This document shows, in pieces, positions 32,474 through 41,782 of a stretch of DNA of 64,000 nucleotides (its first letter is position 1; every line of letters starts with the position of its first letter). This stretch comes from Planctomycetota bacterium (GTDB lineage Bacteria > Planctomycetota > UBA8108 > SXIK01). The stretch spans positions 1,152,001 to 1,216,000 of the forward strand of contig CBDCXR010000004.1 in assembly GCA_965223845.1 (NCBI GenBank), written 5' to 3'. The translations under genes were made by a program, and so were the position numbers. A model generated the notes under the pieces. It worked only from the letters and a program-made list of their open reading frames with translations. It ran no database searches and had not been told where the DNA came from.

Positions 32474-34957
32474 ATGCCGGACTCGTACGACGGGATCGTC
32501 ATCGGCGCGGGGCACAACGCCCTCGTTCTGCATGCGTACCTCGCTCGCGCGGGGCTCTCCTGCGTGACGCTAGAGCGAGCGGAGCGGCCGGGCGGCGGAC
32601 TCGCGACGATCGAATGGCCGGAGGGCTCGGGGTTCCGTCACAACGTACACTCGTTCTTTCACCGCGGGATCGATGGGATGCCGTGGTTCGAGGAGCTCGA
32701 GCTGGCGCGCTTCGGCGTCCGCTACTTGGAGCCCGAGCTCAACGTTTCCGTCGTCCTTCGCGACGGCCGCACTCTCGAGTGGTGGCGCGATCCAGAGCGC
32801 ACTCTCGCGTCGATCGAGCGTTTCTCCGCGCGCGACGCGGCGACCGTCGCCCGTTGGCTGGAGGAGTTTCGCCCGATCGCGCGCGAGATCCTCGCCGTCG
32901 AGGCGAGTTCGACGCCACTCGCCCCGGCCGAGCGCCGAGCCTACCTCGAGCGCTCGAGCGCCGGGCGCCGGCTCCTCGAGGCGGAGCGGGAGTCGCCGCT
33001 CGAAAGGCTGGGGCGCGAGATCGAGAGCGAGGTCGTTCGCGCGGGCCTCCTCTTCTTCAACGGGCTCCGCGAGATCGATCTCCGCGCGCGGGGATTCGGC
33101 CCCGCCGTGCCGGCGCTCCTCGCATCGGGACGCATGGCGCAACTGTGCGTCGGGGGATCTGCGAGTCTCGCGCGCGGACTCGTCGCGGCGATCGAGTCGG
33201 TCGGCGGTGAGGTGCGCTGCGGAGTGGAACTCGAGCGCATTCTCGTCTCCGGCGGACGCGCGGTGGGAGTGCGGCTCCGGAGCGGCGAGGAGATTCAGGC
33301 TCGACGCTTTGTCGCATCGGGAGTGAATCCGCAACAGACGCTTCTCGATCTGATCGCTCCCGAGGATCGTCCGCGCCGCATCGGACGACGGGCGCGGGGG
33401 TTTCGATACAACCGCATCGCGCCGCTCTTCGGACTCCACCTCGGTCTCTCCGAGCCGCCCGAGCTCACGGCGTACGATGGCGCGGCCGTCCACCCGTTGA
33501 TGTTCGTCCTCGGTCTTGAAGGAACGGGGGACGTCGAGGCGATGCTGAAGGCGCACGATGCCGGTGCGCGACCGCCGTTTCTCGCGTGGGGTGCGACGCC
33601 GACTCGATTCGACGAAAGTCAGGCCCCACGGGGACGACACACCGCGTTCTTGTGGCAGAAGGTTCCCTACGCGCTCCTTGGCAATCCGTCACAGTGGGAA
33701 CGCGAGGCAGAGGCCCACGCCGATCAGCTACTCGCGCGCTGGGCCGAGTTCGCGCCGAATCTCGTTCGAGCGGGAGTGATCGAGCATCGCTTCCACCGCA
33801 CGCCGCTCGACACCGTTCGCTCGCTCCCCAACCAGGCGAACGGGGATCTCCTCGTCGGATCCCTCGCCGGGGGGCAAGTCGGGTACCACCGCCCGTTCGC
33901 AGGCGCCGGACAGTACCGCACTCCGCTCGAAGGTCTCTATCTCTGCGGCGGCTCGACTCACCCGGGGGGTAACATCACCGGGCTCTGCGGTCACAACGCG
34001 GCTCGGGTCGTCGCCGCGGATCTCGGCTTGCGGCTCCCGAGCGAGAACGAGGTGTCGCCGGCTCCGTCGTCGATCGGCACTCGACCGCCCTTGCGCGTGC
34101 GACGTCTGCGCGAGTCCGACATCGAGTTCGGGCTCTCGCTCTCTCGCATCGCGGGGTGGAATCAGCTCGCAGGAGATTGGGAGCGCCTGCTCGCCCTCGG
34201 CGCCGGGGGCTGCTTTCTCGCCGAGTGGGATGGCGAGCCGGCCGGGACAGTGACCACATGTTCCTACGGTGAGATCGGGTGGGTCGGGATGGTCCTCGTC
34301 GCCCCGCGCTTTCGCCGGCGCGGAGTCGCGTCTCGCCTCGTTCGAACGGCGATCGACCACCTCGATGGCCACGCGGATCGCATCGCGCTCGATGCGACCT
34401 CTGCCGGGAGGCTCGTCTACGCGCCGCTCGGGTTTCGCACGTCCGACCGGATCGAGCGCTGGGTGCGGCGACCGGGCGCACGGCGAACAGCGCCGCCGGC
34501 TCGTTCGCGCGCAGGGTCGCCGCGCCGACTCCACCGCGTGTCGCGTCCCCTTCTCGACCTCGACGCGGAAGCGTTCGGTGCGGATCGCGCGAAGCTACTG
34601 GCCGGATGGCTGCGCGACGGCCCACCGTTCGCGGGTTCCCTGTGGCGCGGCGGGCGAGCGGAAGGCTTCGCTCTCGCGCGCCGAGGACGTCGATACTTCC
34701 ACATCGGGCCGATCGTCGCTCGCGACCGCAGAGTCGCTGAGTCTCTTCTCGACGATGCCCTCTGCGAGAGCGGGACGAGCGGAGTTGCGATCGATGTCCC
34801 CGTTCGCGATTCCGCCTGGATCGAGCTCCTGCGCCGGTCGGGATTCCGCCCCGAGCGGCGCTTCGTGCGCATGGTGAGATCTGGCTCGAGTGAAGACTCG
34901 ACGAAGATGGGCCGCGGCGAGTGGCAATGGGCGATCGCCGGTCCGGAGTTCGGGTGA
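32474..34957 (+). CDS. Fusion: phytoene-dehydrogenase-like FAD oxidoreductase + tandem GNAT acetyltransferase
   Basis: 'DGIVIGAGHNAL' dinucleotide motif and 'YRTPLEGLYLCGGSTHPGGNITGLCGHNAA' tail, then 'GWNQ...DW', 'GWVGMVLVAPRFRRRGVA', 'LDATSAGRLVYAPLGF', 'IGPIVA', 'GPEFG'. Confidence 0.85.
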   Translation: MPDSYDGIVIGAGHNALVLHAYLARAGLSCVTLERAERPGGGLATIEWPEGSGFRHNVHSFFHRGIDGMPWFEELELARFGVRYLEPELNVSVVLRDGRTLEWWRDPERTLASIERFSARDAATVARWLEEFRPIAREILAVEASSTPLAPAERRAYLERSSAGRRLLEAERESPLERLGREIESEVVRAGLLFFNGLREIDLRARGFGPAVPALLASGRMAQLCVGGSASLARGLVAAIESVGGEVRCGVELERILVSGGRAVGVRLRSGEEIQARRFVASGVNPQQTLLDLIAPEDRPRRIGRRARGFRYNRIAPLFGLHLGLSEPPELTAYDGAAVHPLMFVLGLEGTGDVEAMLKAHDAGARPPFLAWGATPTRFDESQAPRGRHTAFLWQKVPYALLGNPSQWEREAEAHADQLLARWAEFAPNLVRAGVIEHRFHRTPLDTVRSLPNQANGDLLVGSLAGGQVGYHRPFAGAGQYRTPLEGLYLCGGSTHPGGNITGLCGHNAARVVAADLGLRLPSENEVSPAPSSIGTRPPLRVRRLRESDIEFGLSLSRIAGWNQLAGDWERLLALGAGGCFLAEWDGEPAGTVTTCSYGEIGWVGMVLVAPRFRRRGVASRLVRTAIDHLDGHADRIALDATSAGRLVYAPLGFRTSDRIERWVRRPGARRTAPPARSRAGSPRRLHRVSRPLLDLDAEAFGADRAKLLAGWLRDGPPFAGSLWRGGRAEGFALARRGRRYFHIGPIVARDRRVAESLLDDALCESGTSGVAIDVPVRDSAWIELLRRSGFRPERRFVRMVRSGSSEDSTKMGRGEWQWAIAGPEFG

Positions 34958-34979
34958 CGGAGTGCCGGACGCGGGACGT

Positions 34980-35975
34980 TTACTCCGGACGGCTGCGCGT
35001 TCGGCGTCGCAAGCGTCCGAAACCGAAGCGCGAGCGGCGCTCTCGCGCGCGCTGAAAGACGTCGATGAGCTCCGTGCAGAATTCGCGCGCCGTCTGGTAC
35101 CGGGCTTCCGCTTTTGGGGCGAGCGCCTTGAGAACGATCTCATCGAGGCCGTCGAACTTGATCGTCTGAGGCGCGAGCTCCGACGGGGGCTCGACAGGGT
35201 TCTTGAGAATGCTCTCGTAGACGTCCTGAGCCGTCTCACCGGTATGAGGGCGAGTTCCCGTCAGGCACTGATAGAGGAGAACGCCGACGGCGTAGAGGTC
35301 GGTGTAGCGCCCGAGCCGCCCACCCACGAACTGTTCGGGGGGCATGTAGTGCCGGCTTCCGAGCCCACGCGCGTCCTTCCCCGCCGGGAGGGCGAGCGAG
35401 GTGGCGATTCCGAAGTCGAGAATCCTCACGCTCTCGCGGCCGCGGTCGGAGAGAAGCATGACGTTCGCCGGCTTCAGGTCACGGTGGATGATGCCGTTTC
35501 CGTGCGCCGTCGACAGCGCCCGGAGGCACTTACGAACGATGTTGTACGTCCGCTCCACGTCGAGCTTCTTCTCGCGTTTGAGCACGCTGCCCAGAGTTTC
35601 ACCGGGGCAGTAGTCCATCGTGTAGTAGAGCCGTCCGTTCTTCGTGGCGCCGAAGTCGCGGATTTGGACGACGTAGCGGTGGACGATGCGCTTCGCGGTG
35701 AGGATTTCGTTGAGGAATCGATCCTTCACCTTCTGCTCGCCGCTCAGCGACGGGTGAACGATCTTGAGCGCGATGCGGCCTTCGGGGCCGTCGAGGCTTT
35801 CGGCGAGAAACACGGTGCCGAATCCGCCGAGCCCCAGGATGTCGACGATCCGATACCGATCCGCGACGGTCGTGCCGATCAGCTTGCGCGCGAGCTGTCT
35901 CGCCCGCTGCTTCGCGGTCGCGGGGCGACTCACGGGCGACGGGTCAATTCGAGATGGGGCGTCGGAGGGCTTCAT
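34980..35975 (-). CDS. Hanks-type Ser/Thr protein kinase (cytoplasmic, no TM)
   Basis: 'LGLGGFGTVF', 'IALKI', 'IIHRDLKPANVML', 'ILDFGIA', 'YMPPEQ', 'DLYAVGVLLY'. Confidence 0.95.
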   Translation of the reverse strand: MKPSDAPSRIDPSPVSRPATAKQRARQLARKLIGTTVADRYRIVDILGLGGFGTVFLAESLDGPEGRIALKIVHPSLSGEQKVKDRFLNEILTAKRIVHRYVVQIRDFGATKNGRLYYTMDYCPGETLGSVLKREKKLDVERTYNIVRKCLRALSTAHGNGIIHRDLKPANVMLLSDRGRESVRILDFGIATSLALPAGKDARGLGSRHYMPPEQFVGGRLGRYTDLYAVGVLLYQCLTGTRPHTGETAQDVYESILKNPVEPPSELAPQTIKFDGLDEIVLKALAPKAEARYQTAREFCTELIDVFQRARERRSRFGFGRLRRRTRSRPE

Positions 35976-36349
35976 AGTAGAAATCGTCTAAGACGCGGAG
36001 TGCCGTTCGGATTTGTTCGCGCACGAATCGGCGCACGGAAACAAACCGCGCTCTCCGATCGCTATTCTGCCCCAGTGAGAGATCGTTGTCATCGCTGCGA
36101 GTCGCACGCACGGTCGGGTGCCGCGTGCGGGCAGCGAGGTTCGCAGGGACCGGGCTAGAGTTCAGGCAAGCGGCGTGCCGGCGGCGTTTCGCGCTCGAGC
36201 CGGACGATGACCGTTTCGTGACGGAACCGTCGCTCCTCTCGACCGGGCGCGGTGGAATCAGCGGTGAGTTCCAGGTTAGCATCGCGCGAGTCTTCAACGC
36301 CGCCCGGCGCAGCCGTCTCTTTTCCGCGAACCATTTCCGCGAGCTCACC

Positions 36350-39300
36350 ATGACCGCAGACGACTCGGATTCCGTGCGCGACCTCGTTCTCGTTATCGCG
36401 GAAGGGGGCGAGACGCGGCGCGCGGTCCTGTCCGGTGTCGGTCCTTGGTCGATCGGTCGAGGCGAGGCTTGCGACGTCGTCGTCTCGAACCGGCGTGCGT
36501 CGCGAATTCACGCTCGACTGACCCGAACGCCGCAGGGCTTCGTTGTCGAAGACTGCGAGTCGAGCACGGGGCTCTCGGTCGACGGCGAGAAGGTCACTCG
36601 ACGGCTCGTTCGGGAGGGAAGCACGATCGGGATCGGCGACGCGCGCATCGGCGTCGGTCGCGCGCCCGGGCGCGAGTCTCCCCCGGCGCCCGCACGGGAG
36701 GAAGCTCCAGCGGCCGACGACAAGACCTCCGCCGCGCGACGAGAGCCGCCGGCGAATCGCGCGGGATCTCCGCGACGAGCGGGGAGCGAGCGTCCGCGAC
36801 CGGCGCGTCGCGGCGCGCGGGCGGGGCGTTCACGGTCGATCGTGGGGCCGATCATCGTCCTTCTCGTGTTCGGCGCGGCCGGCGGGGGGGTGTGGTGGAT
36901 CCTCGACCGAGATGACGCGGCCGACACGGAGCCCGAGAGCGCCGGCGGCGGGTCATCGACGGCGAGTACGCCCACGGGGTCGCCCACGATCGATCTCGAA
37001 GGTCTCACCGACGCCGGATCGGCGCAGGCGGAGGCGGATCTCGAATCTCTCATCCGAGACGCGCGGCGGGGCGAGAGCGTCGATGTGACGAAGCGCCTTG
37101 AGACCATCCGGCGCGATTTTCCCGACACCTACGCCGCGCACCAAGCCGAGCGGTACCTCGCGGTGGTGCGCGCCGCGGACACTCGGCAGCGACAGTTCCT
37201 CGAGCGCGCGCGAGAGATGCTCGAGAACGACATTCTCGACAAGAAATACTCACGCGCCGTATTGGCCGCGGCGGTGCTTGCCGAAGCCGAGCGTGAACAG
37301 GATGGCTCCCGGTGGGCGCGGCGCGCGACCGGGTACCGGGAGGCCGCGCTCGAGCGGTTTCGCGAACTCGAGGGTGAGCTCAGTCGCCTCACTTCCGATG
37401 GGAAGCCGGACGACGCCATCCGCCGGCTCATCGCCGCCGCACCCGAGCTCGGGGGACTCGATGAGTTTCAGTCCGCTCTCCTTCCCTACCTCGAAGCAGG
37501 GCTCTCCGGAGTCGACCGCGACGGCGGCGCGAGCGGCGAGATCACACCGCGCGTCATCGAAGTGCGGAACCGAGCCTCGGTGGCGTTCGAACGCTGCCGC
37601 TTCAGCGAACTGGTCGCGCTTCAGTTCGAGCTTCTGGCGGAGAATCCGCCTCCGGAGTTCCGTCTGCAGGCCTTCGAAGGACTCGTCAACGCATTCTATT
37701 GGCAGCGCATGCTGCGCGATTTCTTCGAGTTCGTCCGGAAGGAATCGGCGGAGGTCGAGCTCGTCCGCGGGCGCGTGCTCAACGTGGTGAGCGCCGACGC
37801 CGACGGGATCGCGTTCGAGCTCCGGAACGATGGTGCGAGTGCGCGCTTCACTCGCGGATGGGAAGAGATGCCCGCCGCGACGAAGTTTCGACTCTTTCGC
37901 GCGGCGCGTCTCCGGAGCGAGGGCTTGATCGGTCTCGCCTTATTCGCGCTTTCGAACAGCGACGAAGACGGCGCGCACAACGCACTCGTGCGTCTCCACC
38001 GCATCGACCGAAGTCGTCCGCTCGCAGCCTCGATTCTCTCTCGACACCGCGGGATTCCCGTCCCGGATGACGGATTCGTCGAATTCGAAGGACGCCTGCT
38101 CACGCGCGCCGAGAAGACCGCCGCGCTCGCCGCCCGCCGACAGCGGCACGAGGAGAAGCTCGCCGCGGCGCGGCGGCTGCGCGAGTTGAAGACGAGCAAT
38201 CGACTCGGGGCCTTCCTCACGAGCGCGATCGAGCTTCGGAGCAAGGGGTCGTTCACGCTCGCGCAGTCGATCTTGCGCGAGATCGTTCGGCAATACCCGA
38301 AGAGCGATTCGGCGAAAAAGGCGGCGGAGCTCGCGGTCGATCCGCTTCTCCAAGTGCACAGTCTCGCCGAAAACGGCCGTGCCGAGAATCGGCTCGACAT
38401 ACACATCCTCGGAGACGGCTACCCGTATGACGACGACTACCAAGAGGGGTTCTACAATTCCGCCGTCCTGACGAAGAATCTGATCCTAGCGACCCAACCG
38501 TTTCGCGAATACGCGTCCTACGTCAACATCTACGCCGTGAACGCGGGATCGACCGAACGCGGGCTCGATCGGAAGCCGGGCGAAGTGGAGCGAGAGACCG
38601 CGTTCGACGGGATCGTCGAATGGGATCGATTCACGGTGAACCGCGGGAAGGTCCGCGAGTTTCTCGGTCGACTCGGTGAGCCCGGGAAGGATCAGCAGGC
38701 CGTCGTCATCGGGAACGACTACGCCGGAGTCTCGACGGGCGGCGGGGGCGTCGCGTGCTGCTGCAAGACTTCGCTCAGCGTCGTAGTCCACGAGATCGGT
38801 CATTCGTTTGCGGGTCTCCGGGACGAGTACGACTACGAGCCGGGGAACGATCCCAATCGACCGAAGCCCGAGGGGCGAGACGTGCGGTTGCCAACGAAGG
38901 CGTTGCCGCCGAATGCGATGCAAGGATCCGATCGAGACGATGTGCTCGAAAAAGTGCTCTGGCGCCACTGGGTAAACGCTCCGGAGGACAAGATCTGGAA
39001 CGGATCGAAGGTCGGAGTCTTCGAGGGCGCCGACCGAAAGCCGGTGAATCACTGGCGGCCGCAGGCCGACTGTCGAATGCGGAACGCCGGATCCGAGTTT
39101 TGCGTGGTCTGTATGGAACAGATGGTACTCACGCTCTACAAGTACGTCCGTCCTATCGACGAGGTCGAGCCGGCGGAAGCCACCGTCGCCGTCTCCCGGC
39201 AGCAGACCGCCGAGTTTCGGGTCTATCCGATGAAGCCCGAAGGCCGGTTCCTCGAGGTCGCCTGGCATATCCAGGAGATCAGCGCTGCGGAGGAGGGAAC

Positions 39301-39523
39301 GACGGTCGTCGTCGAGAAGCGAAAGGGCGATCCCGTGCGAAAGCGCTACCGGCGCGTCGACGCGAACGGCCGCGTGATCGAGGGAGCGCTCATCGAGGGG
39401 CGAAAGCTCCGCAAGGGACGCTATCGCCTGCGCGTCGACGTGCGCGATACGACGCCGTGGGTTCTCAAGGACGACGCCGGCCGGCTCACCCAGACGCACG
39501 AGTGGACCCTCGAGGTCCCGTAG
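36350..39523 (+). CDS. FHA domain - TM - helical region - M64 (IgA-peptidase family) zinc metallopeptidase
   Basis: FHA 'SIGRGEACDVVV...ASRIHARL...VEDCESSTGLSVDG'; TM 'IVGPIIVLLVFGAAGGGVWWI'; M64 'RLDIHILGDGY', 'HEIGHSFAGLRDEY', 'GVFEGA...WRPQADCRMR...FCVVC'. Confidence 0.85.
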   Translation: MTADDSDSVRDLVLVIAEGGETRRAVLSGVGPWSIGRGEACDVVVSNRRASRIHARLTRTPQGFVVEDCESSTGLSVDGEKVTRRLVREGSTIGIGDARIGVGRAPGRESPPAPAREEAPAADDKTSAARREPPANRAGSPRRAGSERPRPARRGARAGRSRSIVGPIIVLLVFGAAGGGVWWILDRDDAADTEPESAGGGSSTASTPTGSPTIDLEGLTDAGSAQAEADLESLIRDARRGESVDVTKRLETIRRDFPDTYAAHQAERYLAVVRAADTRQRQFLERAREMLENDILDKKYSRAVLAAAVLAEAEREQDGSRWARRATGYREAALERFRELEGELSRLTSDGKPDDAIRRLIAAAPELGGLDEFQSALLPYLEAGLSGVDRDGGASGEITPRVIEVRNRASVAFERCRFSELVALQFELLAENPPPEFRLQAFEGLVNAFYWQRMLRDFFEFVRKESAEVELVRGRVLNVVSADADGIAFELRNDGASARFTRGWEEMPAATKFRLFRAARLRSEGLIGLALFALSNSDEDGAHNALVRLHRIDRSRPLAASILSRHRGIPVPDDGFVEFEGRLLTRAEKTAALAARRQRHEEKLAAARRLRELKTSNRLGAFLTSAIELRSKGSFTLAQSILREIVRQYPKSDSAKKAAELAVDPLLQVHSLAENGRAENRLDIHILGDGYPYDDDYQEGFYNSAVLTKNLILATQPFREYASYVNIYAVNAGSTERGLDRKPGEVERETAFDGIVEWDRFTVNRGKVREFLGRLGEPGKDQQAVVIGNDYAGVSTGGGGVACCCKTSLSVVVHEIGHSFAGLRDEYDYEPGNDPNRPKPEGRDVRLPTKALPPNAMQGSDRDDVLEKVLWRHWVNAPEDKIWNGSKVGVFEGADRKPVNHWRPQADCRMRNAGSEFCVVCMEQMVLTLYKYVRPIDEVEPAEATVAVSRQQTAEFRVYPMKPEGRFLEVAWHIQEISAAEEGTTVVVEKRKGDPVRKRYRRVDANGRVIEGALIEGRKLRKGRYRLRVDVRDTTPWVLKDDAGRLTQTHEWTLEVP

Positions 39524-39555
39524 TCGTAGAAACCCGGGTCGCGCTCGCGCGATCG

Positions 39556-41640
39556 TTACCCCGGCTTCTCCCCGCCGTTCTCGGCGGCCGCTGACGTCTC
39601 GCGCCGGCGTTCGCGAATCTCGGCTTGGATCCGCTCGCAGAACGCGTCGAGCGGTTCGGCGCCGCGATCGCCTACGCCGCGTTCCCGTACGGACACGGTG
39701 CGCGCGTCGGCGTCCTTTCCTCCGACGACGAGCAGGTAGGGCACGCGATCGTCGACGCCGATTTTGATCTTCGCCTGAACGCGATCATTGCTCTTGTCGA
39801 TGCTCGCGCGGACACCGATCGCGCGGAGTCGCGTGAGAACTTCAGCGGCGTAATCGAGGAACTTGTCGCTGATCGGAAGCACGCGCACTTGCTCCGGCGC
39901 GAGCCAAGTCGGAAACGAGCCCGCGAAGTGCTCGATGAGAATGCCGATGAACCGCTCCATCGATCCGAAGGGCGCTCGGTGCACCATCACGGGGCGATGG
40001 GACTTGTTGTCCGCGCCCACGTAGGAGAGGTCGAATCGCTCGGGGAGGTTGTAGTCGACCTGGACGGTTCCGAGCTGCCATTCGCGACCGAGAGCATCGG
40101 AGACGACGAAGTCGATCTTCGGTCCGTAGAACGCCGCTTCGCCGGGTTCTTCGGTAAACGGGACCCCGAGACCCTCGACGGCCTCACGGCACGCCGCCTC
40201 GGCTTTGTCCCAGACCGCCGGATCGCCGGTGAACTTGTCGCCGTCCGGATCGCGGAGCCCCACGCGCACGCGGTAGTCCGAGAGCCCGAGCGTGCCGAGC
40301 ACGAGCCGGACGAGCCCGAGGCAGCCGCGAATCTCTGCCGCCACTTGATCCTCCGCGCAGAAGATGTGGGCGTCGTCCTGCGTGAAACCGCGAACGCGAG
40401 TCAGTCCGTTCAGCTCGCCCGACTGCTCCCAGCGGTAGACCGTCCCGAACTCCGCGAGACGGAGGGGAAGATCGCGGTAGCTCCTTGGCTCGGACGCGTA
40501 GATCTTGATGTGGTGCGGGCAGTTCATCGACTTGAGCAGATAGCCCTCGATCTCGCCCGTCTCGAGCCGGTTCGCGAGCTCCGCGCACGAAGTCCCCTCC
40601 TCCGCGAGCCGATCGAGGCACTCGCGGTGAATGAGCGGCGGGTACTGACTCTCGCGGTAGTACGGGAAGTGGCCGCTCGTCTTGTAGAGCTCGACCTTGC
40701 CGATGTGCGGGGTGTAGACCGTGTGATATCCCGCCTCGATGAGCTCCGCGCGGATGAACTCTTCGAGTTCGCGGCGGACGACCGCGCCGTTCGGCGGCCA
40801 GAGAATGAGCCCCTGACCGACCACGTCGTCGATGTGAAAGAGGCCGTGGCGCTTCCCGAGCGTGCGGTGATCTCTCTGCCGGGCCGCTTCGAGACGTTCG
40901 AGATGCGCCTCGAGATGCCGGCGGTGCGGGAACGCCGTGCCGTAGACCCGCGTAAGACGATCGGAGCTCGCATCGCCGTGCCAGTAGCTCGAGGCGATGC
41001 TCATGATCTTGAACGCGCCGATGCAGCCGGTGTGGGGAACGTGCGGCCCGCGGCAGAGATCCTCCCAGTCTTCGCCCGGAGTGCCGGTCGCATACCACGA
41101 GAGAGTCTCGGCGCCGGCCTCCGCGATCGCGCGCTCGGCGTTGTCGAGCTTGTATTTGCTGCCCTCGGCTTGGAGTTTCTCGAGCCCCGCGGTCGCCGGA
41201 AGATCGTACCGTTGGAACGGCCGCTTCTCCTCGACGATCTTCCGCATCTCCTTCTCGATCGCGTCGAACTCGGTCGAGCTGAGCGGCTCGTCGCCGGGAA
41301 ACGCGATGTCGTAGTAGTACCCGTCGTCGACGGGCGGACCGTAGACGAGAAGCGCTCCGGGATGGAGACGCTGAATGGCCTCCGCCATCACGTGCGCGCA
41401 ACTGTGACGGATCAGCGTGAGGGCGTCCGCCGAAGGCTCCTGCTTGGCGGAGGCGGTCGTCACGATCGCGACTTTGGCGTCGTCCGTGATCTCGGTGTCG
41501 AGATCGGAGAGCTCCGAGTCGATCCGCGCGCCCAGCGCCGCCTTCGCGAGCCGAGGGCTGATATCCGCTGCGACCTTCGCCGGGGTCACCGACTCGTCGT
41601 ATGTGCGGACGCTTCCGTCCGGGAGAGTGATGCGAGGCAT
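39556..41640 (-). CDS. thrS: Threonine--tRNA ligase
   Basis: TGS 'ITLPDGS', editing 'RHSCAHVMA' and 'DLCRGPH', 'MNCPHH', 'RVRGFTQDDAHIF', 'AFYGPKIDF', 'HRAPFGSMERF'. Confidence 0.98.
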   Translation of the reverse strand: MPRITLPDGSVRTYDESVTPAKVAADISPRLAKAALGARIDSELSDLDTEITDDAKVAIVTTASAKQEPSADALTLIRHSCAHVMAEAIQRLHPGALLVYGPPVDDGYYYDIAFPGDEPLSSTEFDAIEKEMRKIVEEKRPFQRYDLPATAGLEKLQAEGSKYKLDNAERAIAEAGAETLSWYATGTPGEDWEDLCRGPHVPHTGCIGAFKIMSIASSYWHGDASSDRLTRVYGTAFPHRRHLEAHLERLEAARQRDHRTLGKRHGLFHIDDVVGQGLILWPPNGAVVRRELEEFIRAELIEAGYHTVYTPHIGKVELYKTSGHFPYYRESQYPPLIHRECLDRLAEEGTSCAELANRLETGEIEGYLLKSMNCPHHIKIYASEPRSYRDLPLRLAEFGTVYRWEQSGELNGLTRVRGFTQDDAHIFCAEDQVAAEIRGCLGLVRLVLGTLGLSDYRVRVGLRDPDGDKFTGDPAVWDKAEAACREAVEGLGVPFTEEPGEAAFYGPKIDFVVSDALGREWQLGTVQVDYNLPERFDLSYVGADNKSHRPVMVHRAPFGSMERFIGILIEHFAGSFPTWLAPEQVRVLPISDKFLDYAAEVLTRLRAIGVRASIDKSNDRVQAKIKIGVDDRVPYLLVVGGKDADARTVSVRERGVGDRGAEPLDAFCERIQAEIRERRRETSAAAENGGEKPG

Positions 41641-41708
41641 GCGGGCTCGTTCCCTTCACTGCGGGCCCCGTCGCGGCCTCATCACCGCGTCTCGGCCGCG
41701 CGCGAGAA

Positions 41709-41744
41709 GCGCGGATTGTAGCGCCGCGGCCGACCGGCTGGCAA
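41709..41744 (-). promoter_or_regulatory. Putative sigma70 promoter of thrS
   Basis: Minus strand: TTGCCA (41744-41739), 18-nt spacer, TACAAT (41720-41715), GC-rich discriminator CCGCGC. Confidence 0.6.
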
Positions 41745-41782
41745 GGAGCCGGCCGGCCGCGCTCGCTTCCTCGCGTCGCGGG

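Noticed and set aside
22304-34957. Terpenoid/carotenoid biosynthetic cluster (squalene-cyclase-like + phytoene-dehydrogenase-like)
   Set aside because: The genes are 9 kb apart, the cyclase-like protein is exported and lacks DxDD, and there is no prenyltransferase or phytoene synthase nearby.
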